Shown here: piece by piece, positions 46,238-57,816 of the stretch
Numbering within the stretch: position 1 is the stretch's first letter
Layout: each line of letters opens with the position of its first letter
Assembly (NCBI GenBank): GCA_020137815.1
Contig: CM035352.1
Span: forward strand, 6,820,001 to 6,884,000
From: Hormiphora californensis
Taxonomy: Eukaryota > Animalia > Ctenophora
Direction of reading: 5' to 3'
Length of the DNA: 64,000 nucleotides
Position numbers and translations under genes: made by a program
The notes under the pieces: generated by a model
The model's input: the letters and a program-made list of their open reading frames with translations, nothing else
Told to the model about the DNA's origin: nothing
The model's database searches: none

Positions 46238-46618
46238 AGTCAAATTTTTAATCAAGGGACAGGGGGGTCTTTTTGACGTTATTTCAAACGCGCATATCTC
46301 CGGTTCCTGATAAGATAAAGACTTGAAATTTGGAGGTTATGAAGAACTTGGCATGATCTTCCCAATCTCCGAATTTCAAGTATCTATCTTATCAGGAACC
46401 GGAGATAAAGTCCATTTTTATTCAACTGTTCACCCCTCAACTCGTGCGCGTGCGATATTTTAATTCACGCTGCGCGCGCTACACGTTAACATGTGATAAA
46501 CGCGCAAAACAATTCCGCGCACGACTTTGGGGGGTGAACAGTTGAAAAAAAATGGAGTATATGCGCGTTTGAAATAAGGTCAAAAAGACCCCCTGTCCCT
46601 TGATTAAAAAATCCGACT
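46238..46618. mobile_element. MITE, same TIR family as 45419-45694
   Basis: Long inverted termini including aatcaagggacagggg..tctttttgac..atttcaaacgcgcatat. Confidence 0.75.
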
Positions 46619-47559
46619 TTATTGGCACGCGCGCGGAGAATTTAAGATTCTGAGCGCGTTATGGATTTGCGCGCAACATTTTTTTTGCAAAATCGAGTTT
46701 GTATTTTTTAATTGATTTTAATTGATTCACCAATCAGTGATTTAATCACCACTCACCGATAAGCGAGAAAAGAAAAACGTGTCCGTTCTTCTCATGATAT
46801 CACAATCAGTTCTTTCTGCTTACAGATTTCAGACCCCTTCCATACCGAACCACCTTCTTGTTCTGGACTGTGAGTCACAGTGCGACAGGCTAGGCACTGA
46901 TCCTTTCTCAATCTTCCCAGTTCCCGTGACACCGACTCAGAGTGAGGAGCGGCCACTTCAACTTTTCAGCCACTCAGACATCACACTGACAGATCAAGGA
47001 ACTCTGCTTTCCAGTTTCCGATTTGTAAAATAGAAACTCATTGACTAATGGTTTGGAAGTTAAAACATGCTAATGTGTTGTCAACTAAATTCGTTCACTA
47101 TCAAATACCAAATACAAATTTTGTTATTAGAAGCATTATTTAAAATCACAACCCTGTATGCACTACAATCAGTTGCTCCAGTTCATTTCAAAAAGAGAAT
47201 ATTCAATTCAAGTACATGATCTGATTGTCCTCTCACATATGGTCCGCAAAACCTGCCCAACATAACCAATCAAAGGCTTCTTTTAGCTCTTCTGTTCTGC
47301 TGCAGAATATCATAACAGTCGTCTCACATGTTCAACCAGAAACTTGAATCATGATCTGTCCATTCCTTGTGTCCCTCTTGGGTCGGGTCGAAGGTCGTTT
47401 GAGTCTCCGCCAGGTGAATCTAACAGTGATCACAGTTCCGAAAGTGAAAAGGCCTTCCGTTGTTCACGCTGTGGGGTTTTATTCGAGAGGATCCGAACCG
47501 GGAAGAAGGGACCATGTCAAGTGGCACACTACTTATCGTAGGTGAACAAGAGAGAGGGG

Positions 47560-47835
47560 GGGGTAGGTGGGCAAACGAGAGAGGAGGGAGGGCAAAGTGG
47601 GAGGTAGGAAGTGGGCAAACAGAGAAGGGTGGGGGTAGGTGGGCAAACAGAGAATGGAGGGGGTAGGTGGGCAAACAGAGAGAGGAGAGGGTAGGTGGGC
47701 AAACAGAGAGAGGAGAGGGTAGGTGGGCAAACAGAGGGGAGGGGTAGGTGGGCAAACAGAGTGGAGAGGGGGTAGGTGGGCAAACAGAGTGGAGAGGGGG
47801 TAGGTGGGCAAACAGAGTGGAGAGGGGGTAGGTGG
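47560..47835. repeat. G-rich ~27-bp minisatellite inside an intron of the distal ZnF unit
   Basis: ggggtaggtgggcaaacagag.. repeated about 10 times. Confidence 0.9.
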
Positions 47836-47883
47836 GAGAGCCTCTCTCTCGAGGGGCGGGGTGTGTGATAAGAAGGTGGTTAC

Positions 47884-48218
47884 CTGTCGAACATGTCTGT
47901 TTCTGTCACACTTCTTGGTGAATGTCTTCATACACAGCCTACACACCCTCCCATCATCCTCCTCCGTTGATGTTGCTGCAGTGCTGGTGGTGGTTGTAGT
48001 ACCTGGGGGAAGAGGAAGTGTTCAGTAATCGGTATAGGTATCGTGTACGGGAGAGAGAAACATAAGATAAATAGAGATGGGGAGTCAATTATCAACCTAA
48101 TAAATAACAATCAAGACACCAACTACTAAACCTTTTCTGGATGGTGCCGTCTTGCTGGTAGTGGTGTTAAGAAGAGAGTACGCCAGAGAGTTATAGAATT
48201 CATCATCCGGCTGGCCTG
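47884..48218 (-). CDS. Distal multi-exon ZnF unit (exons 48218-48132 and 48002-47884; finger probably completed by VH at about 47547)
   Basis: tactaac branch point plus tttag phase-1 acceptor; phase-1 to phase-1 join; CRLCMKTFTKKCDRNRHVRQ|gtaacc. Confidence 0.55.
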
Positions 48219-48367
48219 CTAAAATGGGTTAGTACACACGTTCTTCACCACACACACACACACAAGAAGAGACAAACATCTTTTGATTCTCAAAATAATA
48301 TAGTAATACTCAGTGAAAAGTGCTTTATATATTAACTAGTTCAGAAGGTTCTCTAGCTATAGCGTTC

Positions 48368-49063
48368 TCAAAACAGCTTCAGCAAGCCATTCAAGTCAGT
48401 AATTACCCCATCTCTAATCCCTTCCTGTTTCCCAGTTCTATCTAACAACACGGGTGTAACACCCTGTAATACACGTGCCCCCTGGTAATCCCTTCTCTCA
48501 CTGTCCCCAACATGCATCTCAATACCATACCGATCCTGGACAAGTGCCAACAATTCTGGTTTAGTAACCCCCTCCAGGTAACTAACCACAACCCCTTCAA
48601 CAGGCAATTCTAACTCTTTCACCAAACTAATTAGTCCCTCGTCGAAATCACTCGTTACCACGACTCCCACGCCACGACGTCTCAGTTCCCGGAGAACAGG
48701 GCCACTTTCTGGGTATGCCTCCCAACAGGAAGCGGTCCGGAACTGCCGGAATAGGTCCTCGTAGATAAACCCAAACTGGTAATCTCGCATGTCAAGGTTG
48801 GCCGATAGAAAACATTCTCTGACTACCCCTCTCCACCAGTCGTGTGTGCCAATAGTGCCATACCCAAAGTTGGGATTAGCTCGTTCTGCATCTTTATAGT
48901 GGAGCCCGAACACCTTGTCTATGTCCTTTGCTATTTCATTACAGTCTGAGGATGTACAGTGCTCCAGGAAAGTAGTTAGAGAGTAACTCGAGCGTAGTGG
49001 TATCCGACGGTCTGGGATACTCTTCCTAGGGTCCCAGTGAAAGTCCAGAGATATGAGCCGCAT
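48368..49063 (-). CDS. HDHD3: HAD-superfamily hydrolase, HDHD3-like, intronless
   Basis: PNFG..DWWRGVV, WEAYP..LRELRRRG..VTSDFD, GVTKP, MHVGDSERRDYQGAR; motif I (DFTGTL..TVGYHYA) is recovered in an adjacent frame, consistent with indel errors. Confidence 0.82.
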   Translation of the reverse strand: MRLISLDFHWDPRKSIPDRRIPLRSSYSLTTFLEHCTSSDCNEIAKDIDKVFGLHYKDAERANPNFGYGTIGTHDWWRGVVRECFLSANLDMRDYQFGFIYEDLFRQFRTASCWEAYPESGPVLRELRRRGVGVVVTSDFDEGLISLVKELELPVEGVVVSYLEGVTKPELLALVQDRYGIEMHVGDSERRDYQGARVLQGVTPVLLDRTGKQEGIRDGVITDLNGLLKLF

Positions 49064-49178
49064 CTTACATTGTACTAAATCAGGGGCTAAACGATACAGT
49101 GGGATAAAGCAAGATATACTGGCAAGTGGCAGATGGAGAATGGAAGAAGACCGATTCTGTTAGCACCGATAAATCCTA

Positions 49179-49621
49179 CTAGCAATATCGATTTCTACCG
49201 ATTGCTTTACCGTCCGCTGCTATCTGCTTCAATTTCTTTAAGTTTTCCTTTGAATTAAAGTACTCCATCGCCTTTTTAGCAATTTCTACCCTTGTACAGG
49301 AATCTTTAAGTGTCGCATACACTTCCGGGTCGACCAGGAATAATTCTATGGCGGCCTTTCTTTGGTAGAACCCGGCAGGTTTAATGTTTCTCCGTGCTAA
49401 GACCGTTATAAGAGTGTTTCCTGTTGATCGCATCTCGCTGAGTACTTCAAAGTATTCCGCCTTCATTTGTTCATCACCGAGGCGCCTTCTTTTGGGTACG
49501 GTGAAGAATTGGGAAATGGCAGCGGAAGGCCATTGCGATGAACCCGTCACCATCCCTGAAGCGTGCAGTCCTTGATGAGGCTGTTGAGGAATCTGCCAAG
49601 AGAAATCAGTCGACCGGCTAC
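49179..49621 (-). CDS. Cassette exon with a CCDC106-like helical domain
   Basis: Strong phase-1 acceptor ccttttatactcttccag|GT in frame; EYFEVLSEMRSTGNTLITVLARRNIKPAGFYQRKAAIELFLVDPE resembles the 59191 cassette and, by recall, the CCDC106 core. Confidence 0.6.
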
Positions 49622-50158
49622 CTGGAAGAGTATAAAAGGTACCGCCTGGAGTGTGACAGCAGTGACGAGTCTCTCTAAGAAGGAACGGCCTCCTGCTAGG
49701 TGTATGGACTGTTTGTTTTACGAACCTTACGTTTTGATTAATTTGAGTTTGCTGTGGCATGATACGCCAATATAATGAGACCTTGTGGTGGTTTGGAGCA
49801 GGCGAAATTAGACCACGGCCGTGCACGGTAAAGCAGCTAATAGAATCTACTGGTGCTAACAGATTCAGTTTTCTTCCATTTTAAGATAATACGGAGGTGC
49901 AATGTGTAAATCAGGAGGGGTAAGACTTTGATAGACATTCAGCGAGAGAAGATAGCATTACCAAGGAGCATTGAAGTCTGACAGCTCTAGAAACGACTGC
50001 ACTTCATTATATAATTGGTTCGAATAAAATACATAGCAAGGCAAGCAGAGTAAAATACATTATGTGTTTCTGATATTATACTGATGGAGAAGAATAAGGC
50101 ATGGCAGAAGAGCTAAAAAGTCTATTTGCAGAGGAGTCAGTTCATCTCTTTCAAAAGT

Positions 50159-50361
50159 TCATTTCTTGTGTGGTTCCATCCTTCCACAGCGGCTAGCATG
50201 ACCCTCAACGTGGGCCTTCTGTTTGAAGGTCCTCCCACACAAGTCACATTTGAACGGCCGCAGTTCGTAGTGGACGTTCAACACATGCCGCTTCAAGTTC
50301 GCCTTAGCACTGAAACCCTTGAAGCGTTTTCCACAGTATACGCAGTCAAAGAACCTTATGC
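50159..50361 (-). CDS. Two-ZnF cassette (CVYC..H..H / CDLC..H..C)
   Basis: cctgtag|GC phase-1 acceptor, own stop. Confidence 0.85.
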
Positions 50362-50661
50362 CTACAGGACGGGTGTCAGAGGCCAATAGAGGTTGGTGTG
50401 TGTATTTGTGGTGGTATATCTTACAAAATTATTGCTAAAGCTGTAGTTTCCCAAAATTAGGTCTTTGATTTCGACGAAGGTTTCTGGCAAGTGACAAAAC
50501 ACGGTTTTTAGTAACTTAAAAATAGTGATACAAGAGATAACAGGGTTGTACTGTCCATGCATTCAAGATATATATATCAAGTCTGAGGCGAAAGAGCACA
50601 CATGCTTTGAACACACACGCACACATACACTTGATCATTGTCTCAGTTTCCCAAAGGATGA

Positions 50662-50876
50662 TTAGTTAGGTAGGGGGTTCCCAGACCTCAGCTTCAGACA
50701 CTTATGATACTTATTGGCGTGTTGTTTGAGATTTCCCTTCTGTGAGAACGTCTTCCCACAGTCCTCACATTTGAAAGGCCGTATGTTCAGGTGTAGAACA
50801 CGATAGTGTCGGTTCACCTGGGACGTACAGCTCCTCCCGATGAAAACCCTCTGACACACCGGACACACTGCACTCT
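50662..50876 (-). CDS. Two-ZnF cassette (CPVC / CEDC)
   Basis: atcccccag|AG phase 1, own stop. Confidence 0.82.
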
Positions 50877-51123
50877 CTGGGGGATATGGGTCGTCCAGTG
50901 CTGGGTGGTGGTGGTTCACATGATGCTAGCCCAGCGGAGCTAGCTTGGTCATAGAACAACCTGTGCATCTTCTTAACATGGACTTTAAGGTGGGCTTTCT
51001 GTGCATATCTCTGCTCGCAAAGCGGGCAACGGAACTTCTTTAGTTTTAGGTGAACGGACTCGAAATGGCGATCTCTGTTGCGTTTTGATTGGAACTGCTT
51101 GTTGCAGAGGGGGCACGTGACGC
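50765..51123 (-). CDS. Two-ZnF cassette (CPLCNKQF / CPLCEQRY); its tail overlaps the next cassette out of frame
   Basis: ccttctag|GC phase 1. Confidence 0.82.
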
Positions 51124-51362
51124 CTAGAAGGAGGGGGAGACGTGTAAAACAGAGAGGAAGAAGAGAGATTGAGATGAGGAAGGATTGAGATGAGAAAGGA
51201 TAGAGATGAGGAAGGATAGAGAGGAAGCTTCCTCTCTCTATCCGGAGAAAATTATTGTCTAGGTAAAAATAATGTCAGATTCTGCAATATAATACGTTTT
51301 GAAACGAAATGTGCTTCACACAATAAATGTTTACACACAAACAATGCTTTTCAATCAACTAA

Positions 51363-51562
51363 CTAAATTTCTAGGAATTCGTTTTGAATTTTGGGACCGT
51401 GTACAGTTTTCATATGTCTCTCAAGGTTCCCCTTCCGATTGAAGGACTTCCCGCACTCACAGCAGGACTGTGTGGTCTCCTGGAAGTGGATGGTCCGGAT
51501 GTGCCGTGTGAGATTTGTTTTCCGAAAGGACCCGTGAAATTCTCGTCCACAAAACTTGCAAA
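51363..51562 (-). CDS. Two-ZnF cassette (CKFC / CCEC)
   Basis: ttattag|TT phase 1, own stop. Confidence 0.8.
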
Positions 51563-51646
51563 CTAATAACACTTTTCGTTATTTTAGGTAAATATTAAAA
51601 TAATAAATGTATAATATAATTATACCGTTATAGATTACCACACATA

Positions 51647-51841
51647 CTAGTCTAGTGAAGCGTGTATCATTTTTAAGTGTCTTTTCAAATTGGACTTCTG
51701 ATTAAAACATTTCCCACAGATCCTACACGTGTACCTATTGTCTCCCATATGAATGGACTTTATGTGTCGGCGGAGGTTGTTTCGCCGTGTAGCGGGGTTG
51801 ACGCCCACGAACACTCTCCCGCAAACGACACACTGAAACAG
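51647..51841 (-). CDS. Two-ZnF cassette (CVVC / CRIC); acceptor phase ambiguous
   Basis: The strong cag acceptors are phase 0 as assembled; a weaker aag upstream is phase 1. Confidence 0.75.
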   Translation of the reverse strand: MFQCVVCGRVFVGVNPATRRNNLRRHIKSIHMGDNRYTCRICGKCFNQKSNLKRHLKMIHASLD

Positions 51842-51922
51842 CTGCAATAAGGGATGGACATGAAACACTTGTACACAAAGGACTTCAAACTCTTTTACCA
51901 AACACACGAAACAACTGGACAG

Positions 51923-52086
51923 TTATTTGGGATGAAGTCTACGCTGGTGGTCAATCAAGGTGACCTTTTGGCCAAAGCGTTTACCACATATTTTACACTC
52001 AAATTGTCGATATCCTAGATGAACGGTCTTTACATGTCGCTCTACATTTCTTATGCACTGAAATTTCCTACCACATAGAGGACAGC
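51923..52086 (-). CDS. Two-ZnF cassette (CPLCGRKF / CKIC)
   Basis: ctcttttcag|GC phase 1, own stop. Confidence 0.87.
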
Positions 52087-52226
52087 CTGAAAAGAGGGGG
52101 AAACAAAGTATGAGGTCAAATGCCTGGCAAACATACACACACATATACACACCACTTAGTGTAAACAATTTATATTTTCGTTTTAGGAGTAAGAATTTTG
52201 AGATGTTTAAATATTTAACTGCCTAG

Positions 52227-52363
52227 TTATTTAATAATCCCTTTCTCCCCGAACCGCATACCACATATTTTACACTCAAATTGTCGATATCCTAGATGAA
52301 CGGTCTTTACATGTCGCTCTACATTTCTTATGCACTGAAATTTCCTACCACACAGAGGACAGC
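52227..52363 (-). pseudogene. Chimeric, truncated ZnF cassette (second finger lacks the His pair)
   Basis: 5' part matches 52086; 3' part (GMRFGEKG and downstream spacer) matches 53982. Confidence 0.75.
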
Positions 52364-52446
52364 CTGAAAAGAGGGGGAAACAAAGTGACGTCAAATGCCT
52401 GGCAAACATACACACACATACACACCACTTAGTGTAAACAATTTAT

Positions 52447-53728
52447 CAGGAAACGACCGAACCGGGTTTTTTCCACCGAACCGAACCGAACCGAATTTGA
52501 AAAACTTTTTTACCGAACCGAACCGAACCGAACCGAATTTCGGTAACCGAACCGAACCGAACCATACAAAACTTTTTCCGTATAAATGTTTCTCTAAAAA
52601 GTCATGGAGAGCACCGATTAAGGTATTGAGAATCATTCTTTGAAATTTTGTTAAAAAATGTTTGAAAAAATTTCAAAGTCAATTTTATCGTAAATTTTCT
52701 ATATATATAATATGTCAATTTTTGCGTACGAATCGTGTTTCGAATCGGCAATGCTATACGGGAATGGTATTGCTAATTAGCAGGATCTAAATTTCCTAAT
52801 TAGATTTGATGGGGGATCACGTATCAGCACAATCCATCTCGAACCCGCTAATTACCAACAGCACTCCCGTTTAGCATTGTCGATTAGAAACACGATTCGT
52901 ATACCATAATTTACTTAAAATATTTTTCACAAAAAAAATTTCACAAAATTTCAGGTAATGATTCTCAATACCTTGATCGATGCTCTCCATGAATTTTTAG
53001 AGAAACATTTAATTTTGTGAAAAAAACTTTGTAAAATATGTATTTCAAAGTCAATTTCGGGAAAAAAATTCTATGTCAATTTTGCCGTACGAATCGTGTT
53101 GCGAATCGGTGATGCTATGCGGCAGTGCTCTCGCTAATTAGCAGGATTTATTGAAACATGAATCGTTTCCCCTAAACTTCCTAATTAGATTTGATGGGGG
53201 ATCACGTATCAGCATAATCCATCTCGGACCCACTAATTAGCAACATCACTCCCGCTTAGCAATACCGATTCGAAACACGATTCGTACGCAAAAATTGACA
53301 TAGAAAATTTTCCATAAAATTGACTTTGAAATATTTTCCAAACTTTTTTACAAAATTTCAGAGAATGATTCTTAACACCTTGATCGGTGCTCTCCATGAA
53401 TTTTTTGAAAAAAAAAGTTTCTGAATTTGTTGACCCTCTCATGAGGACACGATTCGACGGGAAGTCAGGTATCAAATCAATCCATATCGAACCCGCTAAC
53501 TAGCGAAATCATTTCCACATAGCACCACCGATTCGAAATAGGGTTAATACGGCGAAATTGACATTGAAATCCATACAATTTTGCATGAAAAAGCCCGATT
53601 TCTGGGCATTTTTGACCAAAAAATTCGGTGGTTCGGCCAAAATTTCCTACCGAACCGAACCGAACCGCCCAAAAAACACCGAATTTCCGAACCGAACCGA
53701 ACCGAACCGAATATTCGGTCGCTTCCTG
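52447..53728. mobile_element. Non-autonomous hAT element, about 1.28 kb
   Basis: TIR caggaa.cgaccgaa / ttcggtcgcttcctg; 8-bp TSD CAATTTAT on both sides; subterminal (CCGAA)n; empty site visible in the duplicated spacer at about 52166. Confidence 0.9.
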
Positions 53729-53785
53729 CAATTTATATTTTCGTTTTAGGAGTAAGAATTTTGAGATGTTTAAATATTTAACTGC

Positions 53786-53982
53786 CTAGTTATTTACTAA
53801 GGGCACATTATCCATAGTCAAATTGTGTTTTCGGCGCTTATGAATCTTCAAAGTCCCTTTCTCCCCGAACCGCATACCACACACATCACACTCAAATTCC
53901 TTCAACCCAAGATGAACTGTAGTGACGTGTCTTTTAACCTTGCTGGGACATGTGAATTGCTTGTGACAAACGGGACAGCGGT
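53786..53982 (-). CDS. Two-ZnF cassette (CPVCHKQF / CDVC); not in the ORF track
   Basis: cttcttttcag|AC phase 1; DRCPVC..RHVTTVHLGLKEFECDVCGMRFGEKGTLKIHKRRKH..*. Confidence 0.87.
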
Positions 53983-54053
53983 CTGAAAAGAAGCATTCAA
54001 ATACATTAGTTTAAAAAAAGCAAAAAGTTTTTTAGTAGGCTAATTAAGCTGAT

Positions 54054-54229
54054 TTATAAGCCCCAGGTCATGGCATGAATCCGTTTCTTGTGATTTTTTA
54101 AAGTCCTTTTCTCCCCAAATCTCATCCCACAGACATTACACTCATGCTCCTTTAATCCTAGGTGTACAGTCTTCACATGTCTCTCAACGTTACCCACTGA
54201 CTGAAATTGTCTTTGACACAACGGGCAAG
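54054..54229 (-). CDS. Two-ZnF cassette (CPLCQRQF / CNVC)
   Basis: atttttcag|CT phase 1, own stop. Confidence 0.87.
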
Positions 54230-54352
54230 CTGAAAAATATAATATAAACACATGTACACAAACAGCGTGATTTAGAATTGCTTGGTTTCCAAAATATATT
54301 CAAACTAATCCTTAGCATTTGATACTTTTTTAAAGCGTTTCAGATAACTCAG

Positions 54353-54580
54353 CTACTCCTTAACATCATAGACATCCTCAAGAATCGAATTAACCATGCT
54401 CGGAATGTCAGGTAGAGTATTGGGATGTTTTCGGGACATGTGGCCCTTCAGGGACGGACCCTTGACCGAAACGAGCCCCACAAACATCACAAACATATCT
54501 CTTTGATCTTAGGTGGACAGTAAGGAAGTGTCTCTTGACATTTTTGAAGCCGTGATACGATCTATCACAGATGGGACACT
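54353..54580 (-). CDS. Two-ZnF cassette (CPIC / CDVC), one indel
   Basis: tttttttcag|AG phase 1; GHMSRKH is recovered in an adjacent frame. Confidence 0.8.
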
Positions 54581-54691
54581 CTGAAAAAAAAAGAGGAAAT
54601 TTAAACTTGCTGCACATTACACACACACACACATACACTCGGAACATCAGCGAAAGTAAAAGCTCAAAAATTTCAAGATTTATAATATTAT

Positions 54692-54920
54692 CTAATTTCC
54701 ACCACACGTGGTCTTGTGTTGTTTCAAATTGTTTGATTGCTGGTATGCCTTTCCCACACAAGTTGCAAATGTGAGGTCGAATATTGCAGTGTACACCCTT
54801 GTAAGTGTCTATTCACCAAATGATTTCTGTTTTTCCCAAAAAACACTTTTCCGCAGACTTTGCAAGAGACGCCCGGTGGCCGAGAAGAAGTTTCGCCGTG
54901 TATAACAACAGCATGAGACA
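54692..54920 (-). CDS. Two-ZnF cassette (CKVC / CNLC..H..C), two indels
   Basis: tcctcacag|TG phase 1. Confidence 0.75.
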
Positions 54921-54960
54921 CTGTGAGGATATAAAAAGATGTGAAATGAGGGGCGGAGTT

Positions 54961-55169
54961 CTAAGAATTGACATTATTGTATTTCAACCGACATTTGATT
55001 TCATGCTTGTTTTTACTGCTAGTGCGTGTAAATTGTCGTTTGCAGAAAGAGCATGAAGCCTCGTAATAGCCCGGAGAATGAGAGGAACGAATGTGCCTCA
55101 TGAGCGTGTACTTGCGACTTTGACCAGTAAAAAACTTGCCACACCATTCACACTGGGTATCGGACTGAT
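54961..55169 (-). CDS. Two-ZnF cassette (CEWC / CSFC..HEIKC); not in the ORF track
   Basis: tattctctcag|AT phase 1, own stop. Confidence 0.85.
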
Positions 55170-55253
55170 CTGAGAGAATATAAAAAGTAGAGAAAGGAGC
55201 AGTTTAGAGAAAGAGAGGTCAGGGAGTTTTTATAAAATGCTATGAGTTTTTAT

Positions 55254-55447
55254 CTATTTTCGCATGCTACATGTGCGCTCATGTCTTCGCTTTGAGTTCA
55301 TGCGGGTAAATTGTCGTTGGCAAAATGAGCACACTCCCTCAATGTAACCACAGTGGACAGTTTTGATGTGCCGTGCGAGGGTTGAAGCACGGCTTGGTCC
55401 ATAATAGGTCTTCCCACATGAACCACATGACATTCCACCACCATCCC
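55254..55447 (-). CDS. Two-ZnF cassette (CGSC / CSFC..HERTC)
   Basis: ccaccccag|GG phase 1. Confidence 0.85.
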
Positions 55448-55752
55448 CTGGGGTGGAGGGGAATTGTTTTCCACTTAGGTCAGACAAAAAAAATGGAGAT
55501 TTATTAACGGTGGTATAAAGATAAGTTGGATAAACATTGCAAACACGTTTTACAGCACTCTGTAGAACTCATAATTTTACTTTGTCTGGGAACAGTTTTT
55601 TAACGACCTCTCACATTGACAGATAGATATATAATAAAGTGTCTGATATCAAACCCGCAGCAATATAACAACATGAACTACCATGCTTCTTTTGACCCTC
55701 ATACATACACTGATACACACATCTTTACTTGTTTCTCAACAGACTATTTGGG

Positions 55753-55937
55753 TTAGGACTTGCATGTCTTCTCATGTTTTAGTCTTGAACTATTACGTGA
55801 GAAGCCTCGATCACAGTAGGAACAAAATCCCTCTCTGACACCAAGGTGAGCACATTTTATGTGTCGAGTAAGGGATGTTGTGCAGTTGGGACCGTTATAA
55901 GCCCTGCCACAATGAGGACAAAATATACGTGCCGACC
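55753..55937 (-). CDS. Two-ZnF cassette (CPHC / CSYC..HEKTC)
   Basis: ttctccacag|GG phase 1. Confidence 0.86.
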
Positions 55938-56075
55938 CTGTGGAGAACACAAAATACTGCAGTGGGGGTTGCCATGGTTACTACACTAAAATACTGCAGT
56001 AGGGGGAGGGGGTGACCTCCCACAATACCAGTGGTGGTTGCCATGGCAACCCACATTATACCAGTGTTACTAAAT

Positions 56076-56268
56076 TCAGTTTGTATGTTTGCAATGATTT
56101 TAAGTGTCGTTTAAGGGAGTCATGACGAGTGAATCGCTTGTAGCACCAGGGGCAGGGGTACGCCTCCTTTAAGTGGAAGGATTTGTAATGTCCGGTGAAG
56201 GTTAGCCAAACTTCCTAGGCCTGTGTAGACTTTACCACACGCCTCACACACGGCTTGATGGAGCGCCT
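56076..56268 (-). CDS. Two-ZnF cassette (CEAC / CPWC), indels
   Basis: catgtag|AG phase 1; second finger lies in an adjacent frame. Confidence 0.72.
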
Positions 56269-56354
56269 CTACATGTAGGGAAATAACTGCTAGAATTTTA
56301 GGGAAAAAAAAGAGGTCCAAATCCGTTCATGCAGACAGCGATATTTTATTGTCC

Positions 56355-56545
56355 CTAAAAAGGTAGCACGCATTTGGAAAGGTGTATTTTCATAGAGTCT
56401 TGTCGCGTGAACTCCTTGCCACACTGGGGACACCGGTAAAAGTGATTTAGATGCGCTGAACGGTAATGTCGACGTAGGTTCTTAGATCCAAACATTCCCG
56501 TGTAAGTGTTACCACACACATCACAGTGCACTGGCTCGAAGTTGT
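56355..56545 (-). CDS. Two-ZnF cassette (CDVC / CPQC..HLSKC)
   Basis: ttctcctag|AC phase 1. Confidence 0.86.
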
Positions 56546-56640
56546 CTAGGAGAATTAGAAAGTAAAGACAAGCCGCACACACAAACGACAATCGTACAAA
56601 GTACACACACAGACAAACTGATGGAGAAATATATATCTGT

Positions 56641-56849
56641 TTATCTATTAGTGGGACACACTCTAGAGTGTCGTTTCAGCGAGTCGATCCTGGAGAATAG
56701 TTTTCTACACTCATTGCACTCATACTCGCGAAGCTTCAGATGCACTGTTCGGTGGTGAATTTTGTAGTGGTTACGGCGTTGGTTGCCATAGAACTTGCGG
56801 AAGCAGAGCAGACACTCAACAAAACCTTCCCCTTCATACGACAACACAT
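56641..56849 (-). CDS. Two-ZnF cassette (CLLC / CNEC..HSRVC)
   Basis: ttgttccacag|AT phase 1. Confidence 0.86.
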
Positions 56850-57072
56850 CTGTGGAACAAATAGAGAGGGAGATATACAACAGAGGGAGATATAACGAGA
56901 TGAGAGAGATCTGTCTGGCGGCACCGACCCGATCTGAGCGTACTGTGGCACAATCAAAACGGGATCTGGCGATGCCAGACAGTGAGAGATGAAAGTAGTG
57001 CTTTTAAATAGTGCTAAATAATAAACTACACTACGTGCTAAATATATCTTGGTAATTATGTAGTACCTCGAG

Positions 57073-57281
57073 TTACTGTGGGGCGCTAAAATTGTTTACG
57101 TTTGCTTTGCATCTCTGGTAGTGTCTAAGGCACACATTTCGGCGGGCAAACCACTTAAGGCACGCGATACACTGATGCTTTTTAATTTTCAAGTGAACTT
57201 CCATGTAATGAATTCGGAAATGTTTCTTCGCTTGTGCCCCCAGGAATTCCTTTACACACACCGGACAAACCACTGGCTCTT
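57073..57281 (-). CDS. Two-ZnF cassette (CPVC / CIAC..HYQRC)
   Basis: acatttcag|AA phase 1. Confidence 0.86.
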
Positions 57282-57604
57282 CTGAAATGTATGGGAAACA
57301 TGGAGAAACACAAGTTGGAAGAGGATTCTTTAGAATGGCGGGGAGAGAAAGGTGTTTGGAATACACAGGAATTTGAGGGAGGGATTTGTGTTGGATAGTT
57401 CTGTAGTTTTGCACAAAGTAAAAATAGTAAGTTTTCAGCAGTAAAAGTATGAGGAAAATATAACACACCAGTACATTAAATTTACGGTGATAGTAACACT
57501 GAAATCTAGAGACTACAGCTACACATTTGTCCATGAGATAATAAAGACTACCCATTTTTCCATGATCGAGAGAGAGACTACAGACAACACATTTGTCAAG
57601 TCCA

Positions 57605-57816
57605 TTATGGGTCAATTTGAATGGTACGATTGGTTGGGTTTCCATGGATTTTTTTCACATGTTTCCGGAAATTTGAGGAGTCACTATAACGTTTGCCACA
57701 ATGCTCACAGAGAAAGGGCCGCTCTCCGGTGTGGGTCCGGAAGTGGTTTTCAAGGTGTCGCTTACGGGAAAATATCTTGGCACACACGGGGCAGGGAAAT
57801 TTCCGACGGCCAATGT
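57605..57816 (-). CDS. Two-ZnF cassette with a canonical TGERPF linker
   Basis: ttcttccag|AC phase 1; [35 protein letters not shown]. Confidence 0.88.

Noticed and set aside
47344-47541. Plus-strand ORF with an FRCSRCG motif as an opposite-strand ZnF cassette
   Set aside because: No proper His ligands or convincing acceptor
52391-53781. ORFs with FGSVR/RTEPN repeats
   Set aside because: Translation of the (CCGAA)n subterminal repeats of the hAT element; no transposase motifs
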